A stretch of DNA of 64,000 bases, taken from assembly GCA_018692915.1 (NCBI GenBank), contig JABHLG010000013.1, positions 7,993 through 71,992 of the forward strand, written 5' to 3'. The stretch is from Candidatus Woesearchaeota archaeon (lineage in GTDB: Archaea; Nanobdellota; Nanobdellia; UBA10117; JABICX01). Below, piece after piece: positions 18,089 to 28,167 of the stretch; within the stretch, counting starts at the first letter, position 1; the number at the start of each line of letters is the position of its first letter. The notes under the pieces are model-generated. The model did not search any database, was not told the origin of the DNA, and saw only the letters and a list, made by a program, of their open reading frames with translations. Position numbers and translations under genes: made by a program.

Positions 18089-18580
18089 ATGGCGATTGAT
18101 CTTGGTGATGGTGTCAAAGATTTATTTAATATTGTAAAACACAAAAGATTTGTTATTCCTGCAGGAGTAATCGTTCTTGTTTTAGTTATGGCAATTTTTA
18201 TTGGCCCTAAAGTTACAGGATTTGCTGGATTTTCAAATGGTTTAGATGAATGTAAAACCGATCTTGGAATTTGTGGAACAAATGTAGATTCATTAACTAC
18301 AACGAATACACAACTAGAAGCAGATTTAGCTGCGTCTCAAAACACAATTGTTGAAAAAAATAATGAAATAAAAATATTACAAGATCAAAATACGTTGGAC
18401 AGAGAAAACTGGGAAGCAGATTATGATAAATTAGCAGGTAAATTTAATACTGTCGTAGATAAAAATGGTAATAATCTTTGCTGTATGCAACAAATACTAA
18501 ATCCTGATTATGATTCATATAATGTTGAAGATGGTGAAATAAAATGTTCTAATAATGGCACTTTTGCTATCGAGTGCTAA
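18089..18580 (+). CDS. membrane-anchored coiled-coil protein, Cys-rich C-terminus
   Basis: N-terminal TM segment followed by a PKVTGFAG motif. No family recognised. Confidence 0.35.
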   Translation: MAIDLGDGVKDLFNIVKHKRFVIPAGVIVLVLVMAIFIGPKVTGFAGFSNGLDECKTDLGICGTNVDSLTTTNTQLEADLAASQNTIVEKNNEIKILQDQNTLDRENWEADYDKLAGKFNTVVDKNGNNLCCMQQILNPDYDSYNVEDGEIKCSNNGTFAIEC

Positions 18581-18610
18581 GTTTTATAAGCTAATTTTTC
18601 TATTTTAAAT

Positions 18611-19579
18611 ATGAGTAAAATAACAAAAGATCTCAAAAAGAAACTGGAGAAAATGCATTATGAAATTATTGGTAATCATACTGCACTAGAAATATGTTCA
18701 TGGGCTAAAAAAAGTTTGCGAGATGAAGGAGTTTGCTATAAAGAGAAATTTTATGGTATAAAATCGCATCGCTGTGCTCAGATGAGTCCTGCTGCAGGTT
18801 TCTGTGACCAAAAATGTATCTTTTGCTGGCGACCACAAGAACACAATATTGGAACTAAAATGAATGCAAAAGTTGACTCTCCTACTGAAATAATTGATGG
18901 TTGTATTAAAGCGCAGCGAAGAAAGCTTTCTGGCTTTGGTGGTAATGAAAAAACCAATCCTGAAAAGTTCAAAGAAGCACAGGACCCAAATCAATGGGCT
19001 ATTTCTCTTACAGGTGAACCAACATTATATCCAAAAATTGGAGAATTAATATCTGAACTAACTAAAAGAAAAAACTCAACATTTCTCGTAACAAATGGTC
19101 AACATCCCGAAGTTCTTGAAAAACTAGCAAAAGAAAAGAATTTACCAACACAGTTATACATATCTCTTGATGCAACAACTGCTGAAGAATTTAAGAAAAT
19201 CAATGTGCCTCTAAACAAAAACGGTTGGCAAAGACTAAATAAAACGCTTAAATTACTTCCAAAATTAGACTGTAAAAAAGTAATTAGAATTACTGTAATC
19301 AAAGAATATAATGATAACTCAATTTCAGGCTTCGCAAAGCTGTTAAAAATCGCACAGCCTGACTTTGTTGAAGTTAAAAGCTATATGCATGTAGGATACT
19401 CACGAAATCGTCTTCCAAAAGAAGCTATGCCGCGCCACTCTGAAATCAGAGAATTTTCTGAAAAACTAGTAAAAGAACTAAATAATGTTTTTCGCGAACC
19501 TTTTTCTGAAAAAGGCTCATGGAAGATTAAAAATGAACAAATCAGAAGCAGAGTTGTCCTTATCTCCCGCAACGAATAA
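18611..19579 (+). CDS. taw1: tRNA 4-demethylwyosine synthase (Taw1/TYW1, radical SAM)
   Basis: CDQKCIFCWRP cluster, ISLTGEPTLYP, 322 aa. Confidence 0.8.
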   Translation: MSKITKDLKKKLEKMHYEIIGNHTALEICSWAKKSLRDEGVCYKEKFYGIKSHRCAQMSPAAGFCDQKCIFCWRPQEHNIGTKMNAKVDSPTEIIDGCIKAQRRKLSGFGGNEKTNPEKFKEAQDPNQWAISLTGEPTLYPKIGELISELTKRKNSTFLVTNGQHPEVLEKLAKEKNLPTQLYISLDATTAEEFKKINVPLNKNGWQRLNKTLKLLPKLDCKKVIRITVIKEYNDNSISGFAKLLKIAQPDFVEVKSYMHVGYSRNRLPKEAMPRHSEIREFSEKLVKELNNVFREPFSEKGSWKIKNEQIRSRVVLISRNE

Positions 19580-19617
19580 CTTTTAAATCAAAAACAAACC
19601 ATATAATTAAAGGTTCT

Positions 19618-19750
19618 GCGCTCGTGGTCTAATGGCTCATGATTCTAGCCTTCCAAGGAATCCCTTCTTAGAAAGAAGGTCTTCCAACCCCAAGAACTAT
19701 TCTTGTGGAGAGGAGAGCTGGAGGTAGGGGTTCGATTCCCCTCGGGCGCA
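19618..19750 (+). tRNA. tRNA-Gly(UCC) with 60-nt intron at 37/38 (19656-19715)
   Basis: Hand fold. Acceptor gcgctcg/cgggcgc, anticodon stem ctagc/gctgg, loop ctTCCaa, T arm agggg-ttcgatt-cccct. The intron carries the D-type core aatcccttcttagaaagaaggtcttccaaccccaagaac. Confidence 0.8.
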
Positions 19751-19799
19751 TATTATTCTTAATTAGTAAGGCTTAAAAACCAAAAAAATGAACTAAAAT

Positions 19800-19997
19800 A
19801 TGGCAATAGCAAGGATTATACGTCACAAAATCATAGCTACGAATGGAGGGTTTTCACACACTACATACAACCCTACAGATATAGCATCGCTTAGCCGTAA
19901 GGTACTTATACCTGAAATAACTGAAGAACTTGGTGAAGAAATTGAAACTCATCCAGACAAACCATTCAAAGAAAGAGATGGAAGGAATTTCTTTTAA
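19800..19997 (+). CDS. hypothetical small protein
   Basis: 65-aa ORF only. Confidence 0.25.
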   Translation: MAIARIIRHKIIATNGGFSHTTYNPTDIASLSRKVLIPEITEELGEEIETHPDKPFKERDGRNFF

Positions 19998-20052
19998 TAA
20001 GGATGTTAAAATATATAACATTTAAACAGTTCACTAAAACAAAGGTTTTGGC

Positions 20053-20652
20053 ATGAAATTAGGAATTTTATTTAGTGGTGGAAAAGATAGCGCTGCTGCT
20101 TTATTTTGGGCACAGCAACAGCACGAGCCAGTTTGTTTAATTACAATTGATTCTGAAAATAAAGATAGTTATATGTTTCATACAGACAAAGTTCAAGAAA
20201 TTCCGAATATTGCAAAACGAATTGGTTTGCCTTTAATCTTCAAAAAGACAAAAGGGGAAAAAGAAACTGAACTCAATGATTTAAAATCAGCTATATTAGA
20301 AGCAAAAAATAAATTTAAAATTGAAGGGGTTGTTTCTGGCGCACTTGCATCTGAATATCAACGACAGCGAGTTGATGTAATATGCCAAGATTTAGGATTA
20401 GCTTCATTTGCTCCACTTTGGCACAAAGACCCTGAACAATATGTTAGAGAATTAATTGATTTGGGATTTAAAATTAAAATAGTTAGAGTTGCTGCAGAAG
20501 GTCTTGATGAAAGCTGGGTTGGCAAATATATTGATAATAAATTTTTTAACAAACTTCTCGAGCTAAATCAAAAATATAGTGTCCACATTGCAGGCGAGGG
20601 TGGCGAATATGAGTCATTTGTAGAAGATGGTCCTATTTTCTCTAGTAAATAA
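20053..20652 (+). CDS. diphthine-ammonia ligase-like ATP pyrophosphatase (Dph6/MJ0570 family)
   Basis: MKLGILFSGGKDS PP-loop and GEGGEYESFV. Confidence 0.65.
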   Translation: MKLGILFSGGKDSAAALFWAQQQHEPVCLITIDSENKDSYMFHTDKVQEIPNIAKRIGLPLIFKKTKGEKETELNDLKSAILEAKNKFKIEGVVSGALASEYQRQRVDVICQDLGLASFAPLWHKDPEQYVRELIDLGFKIKIVRVAAEGLDESWVGKYIDNKFFNKLLELNQKYSVHIAGEGGEYESFVEDGPIFSSK

Positions 20653-20692
20653 TTCTTTTTATACTATTTTTTGTGCTTATTATTGAGTAAAA

Positions 20693-21694
20693 ATGGTATC
20701 AGATAATGTTATTAGGTCGGCCATTCCTTCAGCTTTCAAAGATATTGACCTTTCAGCTTTAGGGAGCCACCGTTCTGGAAAAGTTAGAGAAATTTATGAT
20801 ATGGGAGATAAACTAGCTCTTATTGCAACAGATAGAGTGTCTGCTTTTGATGTTGTTTTGCCTAGAGCAATCCCATTTAAAGGACGAACTTTAAGTGAAA
20901 CTGCTAAATTTTGGTTTGATAAAACAAAACATATTGTTCAAAATCAAGTCATTAGTTATCCACATCCAAATGTTACAATAGTCAAAAAAGCAAAACCCTA
21001 TCCTGTAGAAGTTATAATTAGGTCTTATGTCACAGGTCATCTTTGGAGAGAATATGCAAAAGGTAAAAGAGAATTATGTGGTATTAAATTACCTGACGGT
21101 TTGAAAGAGAATCAAAAACTTCCTGCGCCAATTCTTACACCCACAACAAAAACTGAACATGATGAAGACATTTCTAGAGAAGAATTATTAGAACAAGGTT
21201 TAGTTCCAGAAAATGTTTGGAAACAAATCGAAGATGTTGCAATGAAAATTTTTACATTAGGTCAGGAATTTTCTGCAAAACAAGATTTGATTTTAGTTGA
21301 TACAAAATATGAATTTGCAGATTACAATGGAGAATTAATTCTTATTGATGAAGTTCATACTAGTGACTCATCAAGATTTTGGGTTGCTTCAGAATATCAA
21401 GAACGATTTGATAATGGTGAGAAACAAAGAGGTCTGGATAAAGAATATATTAGACAATGGCTAAGAGAACAAGGTTTCACAGGAAAGCATGATGATGCTG
21501 CTATTGAAGGTGTTGAAAAGAAAGATACAATTGAAATTCCTGATGAAGTTGTTATAACTTCAGCTAAAAGATATATTGAAGCTTTTGAAAAATTAACTGG
21601 ACAGGAATTTAAAGTTACTAAAATTGACAAACCAATTCCAGATAAGATTCAGGAAACTCTAATTAAGGAGGGATTACTATGCTGGTTCCAATAA
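20693..21694 (+). CDS. purC: SAICAR synthetase
   Basis: GKVREIYD..LALIATDRVSAFD; 333-aa long form. Confidence 0.85.
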   Translation: MVSDNVIRSAIPSAFKDIDLSALGSHRSGKVREIYDMGDKLALIATDRVSAFDVVLPRAIPFKGRTLSETAKFWFDKTKHIVQNQVISYPHPNVTIVKKAKPYPVEVIIRSYVTGHLWREYAKGKRELCGIKLPDGLKENQKLPAPILTPTTKTEHDEDISREELLEQGLVPENVWKQIEDVAMKIFTLGQEFSAKQDLILVDTKYEFADYNGELILIDEVHTSDSSRFWVASEYQERFDNGEKQRGLDKEYIRQWLREQGFTGKHDDAAIEGVEKKDTIEIPDEVVITSAKRYIEAFEKLTGQEFKVTKIDKPIPDKIQETLIKEGLLCWFQ

Positions 21695-22146
21695 TTATGG
21701 GTTCAAAAGCAGACTTAGAGTTTGCTCAAAAGATTGCTAAGAAGCTAAAGGATTTAGGTGTTTATTATGTAATTCGTATTGCTTCAGCACACAAAGCTGC
21801 AGAATTATTGTTAAGTATAATAAAAAAATATGATGCTGAAGAAGATATTGTATACATCACAGTTGCAGGTCGTTCAAATGCATTATCTGGATTTGTATCT
21901 GCTAATTCAATAAATCCTGTAATTGCATGTCCACCATTAGATAAGCAATCTTATATGATGGATATTCATTCATCTCTACGAATGCCTAGCAATGCACCGT
22001 GCATGACTGTAGTTGACCCAAAGAATGCAGCACTTGCAGCAGCTAAAATTCTTGCTCTAAAGAACACTGAACTAAAATCTAAAATTACTCAAGGAATTGC
22101 AGATGTTCGAGCTGGAATTGAAAAAGACGATAAGGAATTACAATAA
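21679..22146 (+). CDS. purE: AIR carboxylase / N5-CAIR mutase family protein
   Basis: IIMGSKADLEFAQK..., SAHKAAE, VAGRSNALSG. Confidence 0.8.
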   Translation: MLVPIIMGSKADLEFAQKIAKKLKDLGVYYVIRIASAHKAAELLLSIIKKYDAEEDIVYITVAGRSNALSGFVSANSINPVIACPPLDKQSYMMDIHSSLRMPSNAPCMTVVDPKNAALAAAKILALKNTELKSKITQGIADVRAGIEKDDKELQ

Positions 22147-22153
22147 TATTACA

Positions 22154-23533
22154 ATGAATACATTTGAAAACATATCGCCGTTTGACTACAGATATTATGG
22201 TAGAAACAAATCAAAAGATGTTCTTGCTAAATACCTTTCTGAAGAAGCATATGTTCGAAGTCTAGCGCGAGTTGAAGCTGCTCTAACGCAAACACTTGCA
22301 GACAAAGGTGTGTGTTCTCAAGATATTGCTAAAGAAGTAACTAAAGCTTGTGAACAAGTTACTGCAGACGAGATGTATGCAGAAGAAGATAGAATTAAAC
22401 ATGATATTCGAGGTCTTGCAAATAGTATTAGAAAGCGCGTTTCAGATAAAGCAAAACCCTATGTTCATTTTTCTTCAACTTCTTTTGATATTGTCAACAC
22501 AGCAAACATGCTTCGATACAAAGAATTTACTCAAGATGTTTTAATACCAAAACTTCTAGAATTAGAAAAAGCATGGATCGATCTTGCTAGAAGAGAAAAA
22601 TATACACTTCAAGTTGGTCGAACACACGGACAACATGCAGAGCCAATTACATTTGGTTTTACAATAGCAGAATATGTTGATAGGTTAGGAAATAGAATTG
22701 CTGAATTTCAAGACAAGCACACTAAACTTCGTGGTAAAATGTCTGGAGCAGTTGGTGCTTACAATGCATCGTCTTTGCTTATAGATAATCCGCTAGAATT
22801 TGAAAAATTAGTTATGCAAAAATTAAATATGGAACCAACTTTGCACTCAACACAGATTGTAACTCCTGAACCAATTCTAGATTTAATTCATGCAACAGTT
22901 TCATGCTTCGGAGTTCTTGCTAATTTTGCAGATGATATGCGTCAACTTCAAAGAACCGAAATTGGTGAAGTTGGTGAACACTTTGCTTCTGATCAAGTTG
23001 GTTCATCAACAATGCCACAAAAAAAGAATCCAATTAATTTTGAGAATGTTAAAAGTTTTTGGAAAGAAATCATGCCGAGAATAAACACATTATATATGGA
23101 TCAAATATCTGAACATCAAAGAGATTTAACTAATTCTGCTTCAGCTAGATTTATACCTGAAATATTTGCGGGACTTTATCTTTCAACAGAACGATTAATT
23201 CGTGTTTCAAGCAAATTACAAGTTGATAAAGAAGCTATGCTTCGCAATTTTAATCTTCATAAAGACCTTATTGCAGCAGAACCACTTTATATTTTACTTG
23301 GTGCGCACAATCATCCTGATGCGCATGAAACTGTAAAGCAGTTGACACTAAAAGCAAGAGATAAAAAGGTTGCCTTACAAGACATAGCAATGAATGAGGC
23401 TTCGCTTAAACCTTATTTTGATAAGTTTACAGCTAAGCAAAAAGAAATCATACTCCATCCTGAAACATATACTGGCATCGCTTCAAAGAAAGTTGATGAT
23501 GTTTGTAACTTCTGGGAGGAGAAATTGAGGTAA
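22154..23533 (+). CDS. purB: adenylosuccinate lyase
   Basis: SPFDYRYYGRN, GRTHGQHAEPITFG, GSSTMPQKKNP signature. ATG at 22154. Confidence 0.9.
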   Translation: MNTFENISPFDYRYYGRNKSKDVLAKYLSEEAYVRSLARVEAALTQTLADKGVCSQDIAKEVTKACEQVTADEMYAEEDRIKHDIRGLANSIRKRVSDKAKPYVHFSSTSFDIVNTANMLRYKEFTQDVLIPKLLELEKAWIDLARREKYTLQVGRTHGQHAEPITFGFTIAEYVDRLGNRIAEFQDKHTKLRGKMSGAVGAYNASSLLIDNPLEFEKLVMQKLNMEPTLHSTQIVTPEPILDLIHATVSCFGVLANFADDMRQLQRTEIGEVGEHFASDQVGSSTMPQKKNPINFENVKSFWKEIMPRINTLYMDQISEHQRDLTNSASARFIPEIFAGLYLSTERLIRVSSKLQVDKEAMLRNFNLHKDLIAAEPLYILLGAHNHPDAHETVKQLTLKARDKKVALQDIAMNEASLKPYFDKFTAKQKEIILHPETYTGIASKKVDDVCNFWEEKLR

Positions 23534-23537
23534 TAAA

Positions 23538-23969
23538 ATGTCATTAGATAATAGAAGAACACAAGATAATCTTAAACAATTAGATATTGGAAGTAATTTT
23601 GCAATAGATGATACCAATAATATTAAAGCAACTGTAACTGTAAATGGTGCTGTATCAATACATGAGAATTTTTTAGGCAGTTTACCTACATTATTAAGTG
23701 AAAAAAATGGGATTCAAATATATGCTATAAATCCTGTATCGTTAATTTCAAAAACTCCTTCACTATTTGAAGATATTGTTGAATCAGCATACAAACCTTT
23801 TGCTAAAAAATTGATGGATCGTAGAATGGAAAAACATACAATTACAGGTAAGGTAACTGATATTGCAGTATTGAAAGAATTTCGTGGTGAAGCAACACAT
23901 GAAGCCTCAGGATATATAGGTAAAGAAGTGGTTTTTAGAGGACGCGCGTATGTAGATACGATAGTATAA
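23538..23969 (+). CDS. hypothetical protein embedded in the pur cluster
   Basis: 143-aa ORF, 4 nt after purB and 4 nt before purP. No family recognised. Confidence 0.4.
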   Translation: MSLDNRRTQDNLKQLDIGSNFAIDDTNNIKATVTVNGAVSIHENFLGSLPTLLSEKNGIQIYAINPVSLISKTPSLFEDIVESAYKPFAKKLMDRRMEKHTITGKVTDIAVLKEFRGEATHEASGYIGKEVVFRGRAYVDTIV

Positions 23970-23973
23970 TAAA

Positions 23974-25155
23974 ATGATAACAAGAGAAGAAATTCAAAAA
24001 ATAGCACAAGGATATGATAAAGAAAATATTCATATAGTTATACTTGGGTCACATTCAGCTAAAGAAATGGGTGTAGCTGCTAAAAGAGCTGGATTTAAAA
24101 CAATCTTAATTTCTCAAGAAGGTCGGGAAGAACTTTATGTAGAACATAACAAACATCTTTTTGATAAAAGTATAATTCTTCCAAAATTTTCACAAATGGC
24201 AGACAAAGATGTCCAAGAAATCTTGCGCAAACATAACGGTATTGTAATGCCTCATCGTTCATTTGCAGTTTATCTTGGATATGATGTAATTGAAAATAAT
24301 TTCAACGTTCCAATATATGGAAATAGATGGATGTTGCGAGCTGAAGAACGGACAACTGAAAAATCTCAATATTACATGATGGAACAAGCAGGTATGCGAC
24401 TTCCAAAACAAGTCAAGAGTCCTGAAGATATCAGATTCCCTGTAATTGTTAAAATTCAACAAAAAGATAATCCACTTGAACGTGCTTTTTTCTATGCAAC
24501 AACGCCTAAAAATTATTGGGAAACTGCAAGAAAAATGATTACAGATGGCGAGATTTCTTCAGTAGATTTAGACAAAGCAGTTATTGAAGAATTTGTTATT
24601 GGTCCAAGATTTAATGCAAACTTTCAAACATATGCTCTCAAAGATATTTTTGGTGAATTAGATTTAGTAGGTTTTGGTGATAGGCGCCAAGTTAATATTG
24701 GTGGAATTCTTAATCTAACTGCTCAAGATCAATTAAAGCTTCCAGAAATGTCAATTCGAAACGAAGAGATTGGACACATGGGCGTAACAATGCGCGAGTC
24801 AAAGCAAATGCTAACTTATACTCAAGCAAAATTATTTATTAAAAAAGCAAAAGAAGTATTTTCACCTGGAATGATTGGTCCGTTAGGATTACAGGGTGCT
24901 GTGCAATATATTCCCGGAACAAAGAAACTTGAGTTTGTAATTTTTGATTTAAGTTTAAGAAATTCAGGCGACCCACACATTGCTTCAACATCTCCTGAAA
25001 TGGAAAATCTTAGTCTTAAACATCTAAAAATTTTAAAGACCTTAAGAAAAGTAGACGGTAATACACCTCGGACAATTCAAGGTCCTTTAGACCTTGCAAT
25101 GATGGAAATTGAAATTGCAGTTAGAGATGGAAGAATAAAGGAGATAATAACGTAA
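23974..25155 (+). CDS. purP: FAICAR synthetase PurP (formate-dependent, ATP-grasp), paralog 1
   Basis: IVILGSHSAKEM N-terminal motif and ATP-grasp layout. Paralogous to the next ORF. Confidence 0.7.
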   Translation: MITREEIQKIAQGYDKENIHIVILGSHSAKEMGVAAKRAGFKTILISQEGREELYVEHNKHLFDKSIILPKFSQMADKDVQEILRKHNGIVMPHRSFAVYLGYDVIENNFNVPIYGNRWMLRAEERTTEKSQYYMMEQAGMRLPKQVKSPEDIRFPVIVKIQQKDNPLERAFFYATTPKNYWETARKMITDGEISSVDLDKAVIEEFVIGPRFNANFQTYALKDIFGELDLVGFGDRRQVNIGGILNLTAQDQLKLPEMSIRNEEIGHMGVTMRESKQMLTYTQAKLFIKKAKEVFSPGMIGPLGLQGAVQYIPGTKKLEFVIFDLSLRNSGDPHIASTSPEMENLSLKHLKILKTLRKVDGNTPRTIQGPLDLAMMEIEIAVRDGRIKEIIT

Positions 25156-25159
25156 AAAA

Positions 25160-26245
25160 ATGGTAGTTTCAAAAGAAGAAATACATAAGATAATCGAAAA
25201 TTATGATCCTAAAAAAATTACAATTGCTACGGTTTGTTCGCATTCTGCATTACAAACATTTTATGGTGCTCGACAAGAAGGTTTCAAAACATTAGGAATT
25301 GCAATCGGTTCTATTCCAAAATTTTATGATGCTTTTCCAAAAGCTAAACCTGATGAATTTTTGGTCTTAAACAATTATGCAGAAATACTTGATAAAGCAG
25401 ATGAGCTAATTAAGAAAAATGTTATTCTTATTCCAAACGGTTCTTTTGTAGAATATATGGGTGCTGAAATATTTAGAGACAAATTAAAAATTCCTACTTT
25501 TGGAAATCGTAAAGTTTTAAGTTGGGAATCTGACCGCAACAAACAAAGAGAGTGGCTTGAAGGTGGTGGTGTCCGAATGCCTGCAGTAATTAAACACCCT
25601 AGAGATATTAAAAATCCTGTTATTGTAAAATATTTTGGAGCTAAAGGTGGTCGAGGGTTTTTTGTTGCAAAAAATAAGGAAGAATTTTACAACAAGATTG
25701 GTTCTACAGGACAGAAATTCACAATGCAAGAATATGTTTTAGGAACGCGTTACTATCCACAATTTTTTGCTTCACCTTTCAAAAGAGATAATGCTATGCA
25801 AACAAAATCAGGTTCTGTTCAACTTATGAGTATTGATAGAAGAGATGAAACTAATATTGATGAAATGTATAAAATGGGAACAATTGAAGATATGCGAAAG
25901 CAAGGTTTTGTTCCAAGTTTTGTTGTTACGGGAAATGTTCCAGTTGTTTTAAGAGAATCATTGTTGCCTGAGATTTTTGATTTTGCTGAAAAAACATGTG
26001 ATAAAGCAAAAGAACTTTTTGATGGTATGATTGGACCATTTTGTTTAGAAGGCGTTTATACAGACCAATTGAAATTTTATGTATTTGAAATCTCTGGTCG
26101 TATAGTAGCGGGGACAAATCCTTTTATATCTGGCTCACCATATTCTGCATTAACATTTGATAAACAAATGTCTACGGGCAGACGAATTGCTGAAGAGATT
26201 CGTTATGCTATATCAATCAACCAACTCAAAGAGGTTATTAGTTAA
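25160..26245 (+). CDS. purP: FAICAR synthetase PurP, paralog 2
   Basis: ITIATVCSHSALQ, VIVKYFGAKGGRGFF, EISGRIVAGTN. Confidence 0.75.
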   Translation: MVVSKEEIHKIIENYDPKKITIATVCSHSALQTFYGARQEGFKTLGIAIGSIPKFYDAFPKAKPDEFLVLNNYAEILDKADELIKKNVILIPNGSFVEYMGAEIFRDKLKIPTFGNRKVLSWESDRNKQREWLEGGGVRMPAVIKHPRDIKNPVIVKYFGAKGGRGFFVAKNKEEFYNKIGSTGQKFTMQEYVLGTRYYPQFFASPFKRDNAMQTKSGSVQLMSIDRRDETNIDEMYKMGTIEDMRKQGFVPSFVVTGNVPVVLRESLLPEIFDFAEKTCDKAKELFDGMIGPFCLEGVYTDQLKFYVFEISGRIVAGTNPFISGSPYSALTFDKQMSTGRRIAEEIRYAISINQLKEVIS

Positions 26246-26246
26246 A

Positions 26247-26858
26247 ATGGAAAATAAAAATTACGCATTACTAAGTGTTACAAATAAAGATGGAATTATA
26301 AACTTTGCAAATAAATTAGTTCAAGAACATAATTTTGAAGTTATTTCAACAGGTGGAACTGCAGATATAATCGAAGAAGCGGGAATTCGTGTGCTTCGCT
26401 GTGAAAATTACACAGGTATGAAAGAGAGTAAATTGTTAAAAACAATGCATCACAAAATATCTGGTGGTCTTTTTTATTCAGATAATGGTGAAGAAGCTCT
26501 AAAATTCAGAGAAAAACTTAATTTAAATCCAATTAGTGTTGTTGCAAATAATTTTTATCTTACTAAAACAGGTGGAAGTATTGAAGAATTTTTAGACAAT
26601 GTAGATGTTGGCGGACCAACAATGACTAGAACTGCTGCAAAAATGGCCTTAAAACATGGAAGCGTAACGATACTAACAGACCCATCACAATATAAATTAG
26701 CACTTACAGATTTAAAAACTCATGGAGAAGTTCAGCGAAATTTAATAAATGAATTAGGCGTTACTGCATTTAGAAGATTAAAAGAATATAATGTACAAAT
26801 TGATGATTTCCTAACAAATTATTCTACAGAACATCCTGGATGGGCTAGAAAAATATAA
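26247..26858 (+). CDS. purH: IMP cyclohydrolase domain protein (PurH N-terminal MGS-like domain only)
   Basis: ALLSVTNKDGIINFANKL...VISTGGTADIIEEAGIRV...TMHHKISGG. ATG at 26247, immediately after the purP stop. Confidence 0.7.
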   Translation: MENKNYALLSVTNKDGIINFANKLVQEHNFEVISTGGTADIIEEAGIRVLRCENYTGMKESKLLKTMHHKISGGLFYSDNGEEALKFREKLNLNPISVVANNFYLTKTGGSIEEFLDNVDVGGPTMTRTAAKMALKHGSVTILTDPSQYKLALTDLKTHGEVQRNLINELGVTAFRRLKEYNVQIDDFLTNYSTEHPGWARKI

Positions 26859-26874
26859 TATGTGATTATTTAAA

Positions 26875-28143
26875 ATGTCAGAAGAAAATTTATCAGATTT
26901 ACCCACAATTAGAAAAGTAATTATTCCAGAAACACGAGCACCATATGGACAAGACAGAACACCTGTTGCATGGATAGGTAAAGAAGCTGGTGCGGGCGCA
27001 CCACCGTATGAACAATTTAGTGGGTCTGCTATTTCACATCATTTAATGACTGAATTAGGTATGTGGTCAGATGTTTCTACAATTTATAGACGAATGCGAA
27101 TGCTCGGTGTAGAAGGAACTATGGTATATCTTTCCAAACATACTAGACCTGAAGGTCTTGCTATGCATGAGGATCCTAAACAAGCAGTTAAGAATGCATA
27201 TAGAAAAATTCCTGCAGCATTTGGTGCTGAAGCATTTATACTTCCAAGAGTAACAGAAGAAGTTGCTGAAGAACTTGTAAAAATAATGCCCGATGTGGTT
27301 ATGTCACCAAATTATGATCTCGCAGCAAAAGAAATCATTAGTGGTGCAAGACAAAAGACACAAAAACTTCGTGGATTAGAAGTTACAGATCCTCTATGGC
27401 AGCCAGATCATTATAGATCAACAGAAGCATTTGGAAGACATGCTTGCGAAGAAAGACATCCATTTTTTATGCCACAAGATTTGCAGTTTAATCGTGAGAA
27501 TTATACATTAGAACAAGTTGGAAAGATTGAATCACAAGCAACTTTAGCACTTTCTGTTTCTGCTTTGAATTATTCTAATGGAACGGGATATACAAATATG
27601 TTAAATAATAACACACTTTCATCTGACGGTGGTGTTGGAATGAGAGAAGAAGGATTTTATGGTGGAATAATTAAAGCACTAGAAAGTTCTGGAAGATTAG
27701 AGCTTATGGGTATACCGCAAGGCACAATTTCAGCTGCAGTTTCAACAGATGGTTTTATATTTAATAGAAATACAATCGATCAAGTGCTTTCTGAAGCAGC
27801 AATAAAAAGAAGAAAAAGAATGTTAGCAGATGTTCCATTTGTTTTATACGAAATAAATGATGGCGTTACGTATAATACTACTCGGGCTGAAAGAAGAAGT
27901 ATGTATAAAGATCTTGATTTAGGAATAGAATTACTTGTTGAGCCAGGAAGGCCACCAAAACAGTTAGAGAATTCTGCTAAAGCAAGACGAGTAGATGCAG
28001 GTATACAGAAAGCTTGTGAAGATAATGATATACTTAGAATAACATCTGTAGGCGGTCGTAGATGGTTTAGACATCAAGATACTCCTATGTATCATGAACC
28101 ACGAAGACTTCTAGATGCATGGTTAGAATCTGCTTTAGTTTAA
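26875..28143 (+). CDS. divergent AICAR transformylase-domain protein (PurH C-terminal-like)
   Basis: Motif-level matches to AICARFT: APYGQDRTP (cf LRYGENPHQ), SKHTRPEGLA (cf KHTNPCGVA), STDGFIFNRNTID (cf SDAFFPFRD.ID), GGRRWFRHQ (cf G.RHFRH). Confidence 0.5.
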   Translation: MSEENLSDLPTIRKVIIPETRAPYGQDRTPVAWIGKEAGAGAPPYEQFSGSAISHHLMTELGMWSDVSTIYRRMRMLGVEGTMVYLSKHTRPEGLAMHEDPKQAVKNAYRKIPAAFGAEAFILPRVTEEVAEELVKIMPDVVMSPNYDLAAKEIISGARQKTQKLRGLEVTDPLWQPDHYRSTEAFGRHACEERHPFFMPQDLQFNRENYTLEQVGKIESQATLALSVSALNYSNGTGYTNMLNNNTLSSDGGVGMREEGFYGGIIKALESSGRLELMGIPQGTISAAVSTDGFIFNRNTIDQVLSEAAIKRRKRMLADVPFVLYEINDGVTYNTTRAERRSMYKDLDLGIELLVEPGRPPKQLENSAKARRVDAGIQKACEDNDILRITSVGGRRWFRHQDTPMYHEPRRLLDAWLESALV

Positions 28144-28167
28144 TGGTGCGAAAAACCCTCTTGTTTT

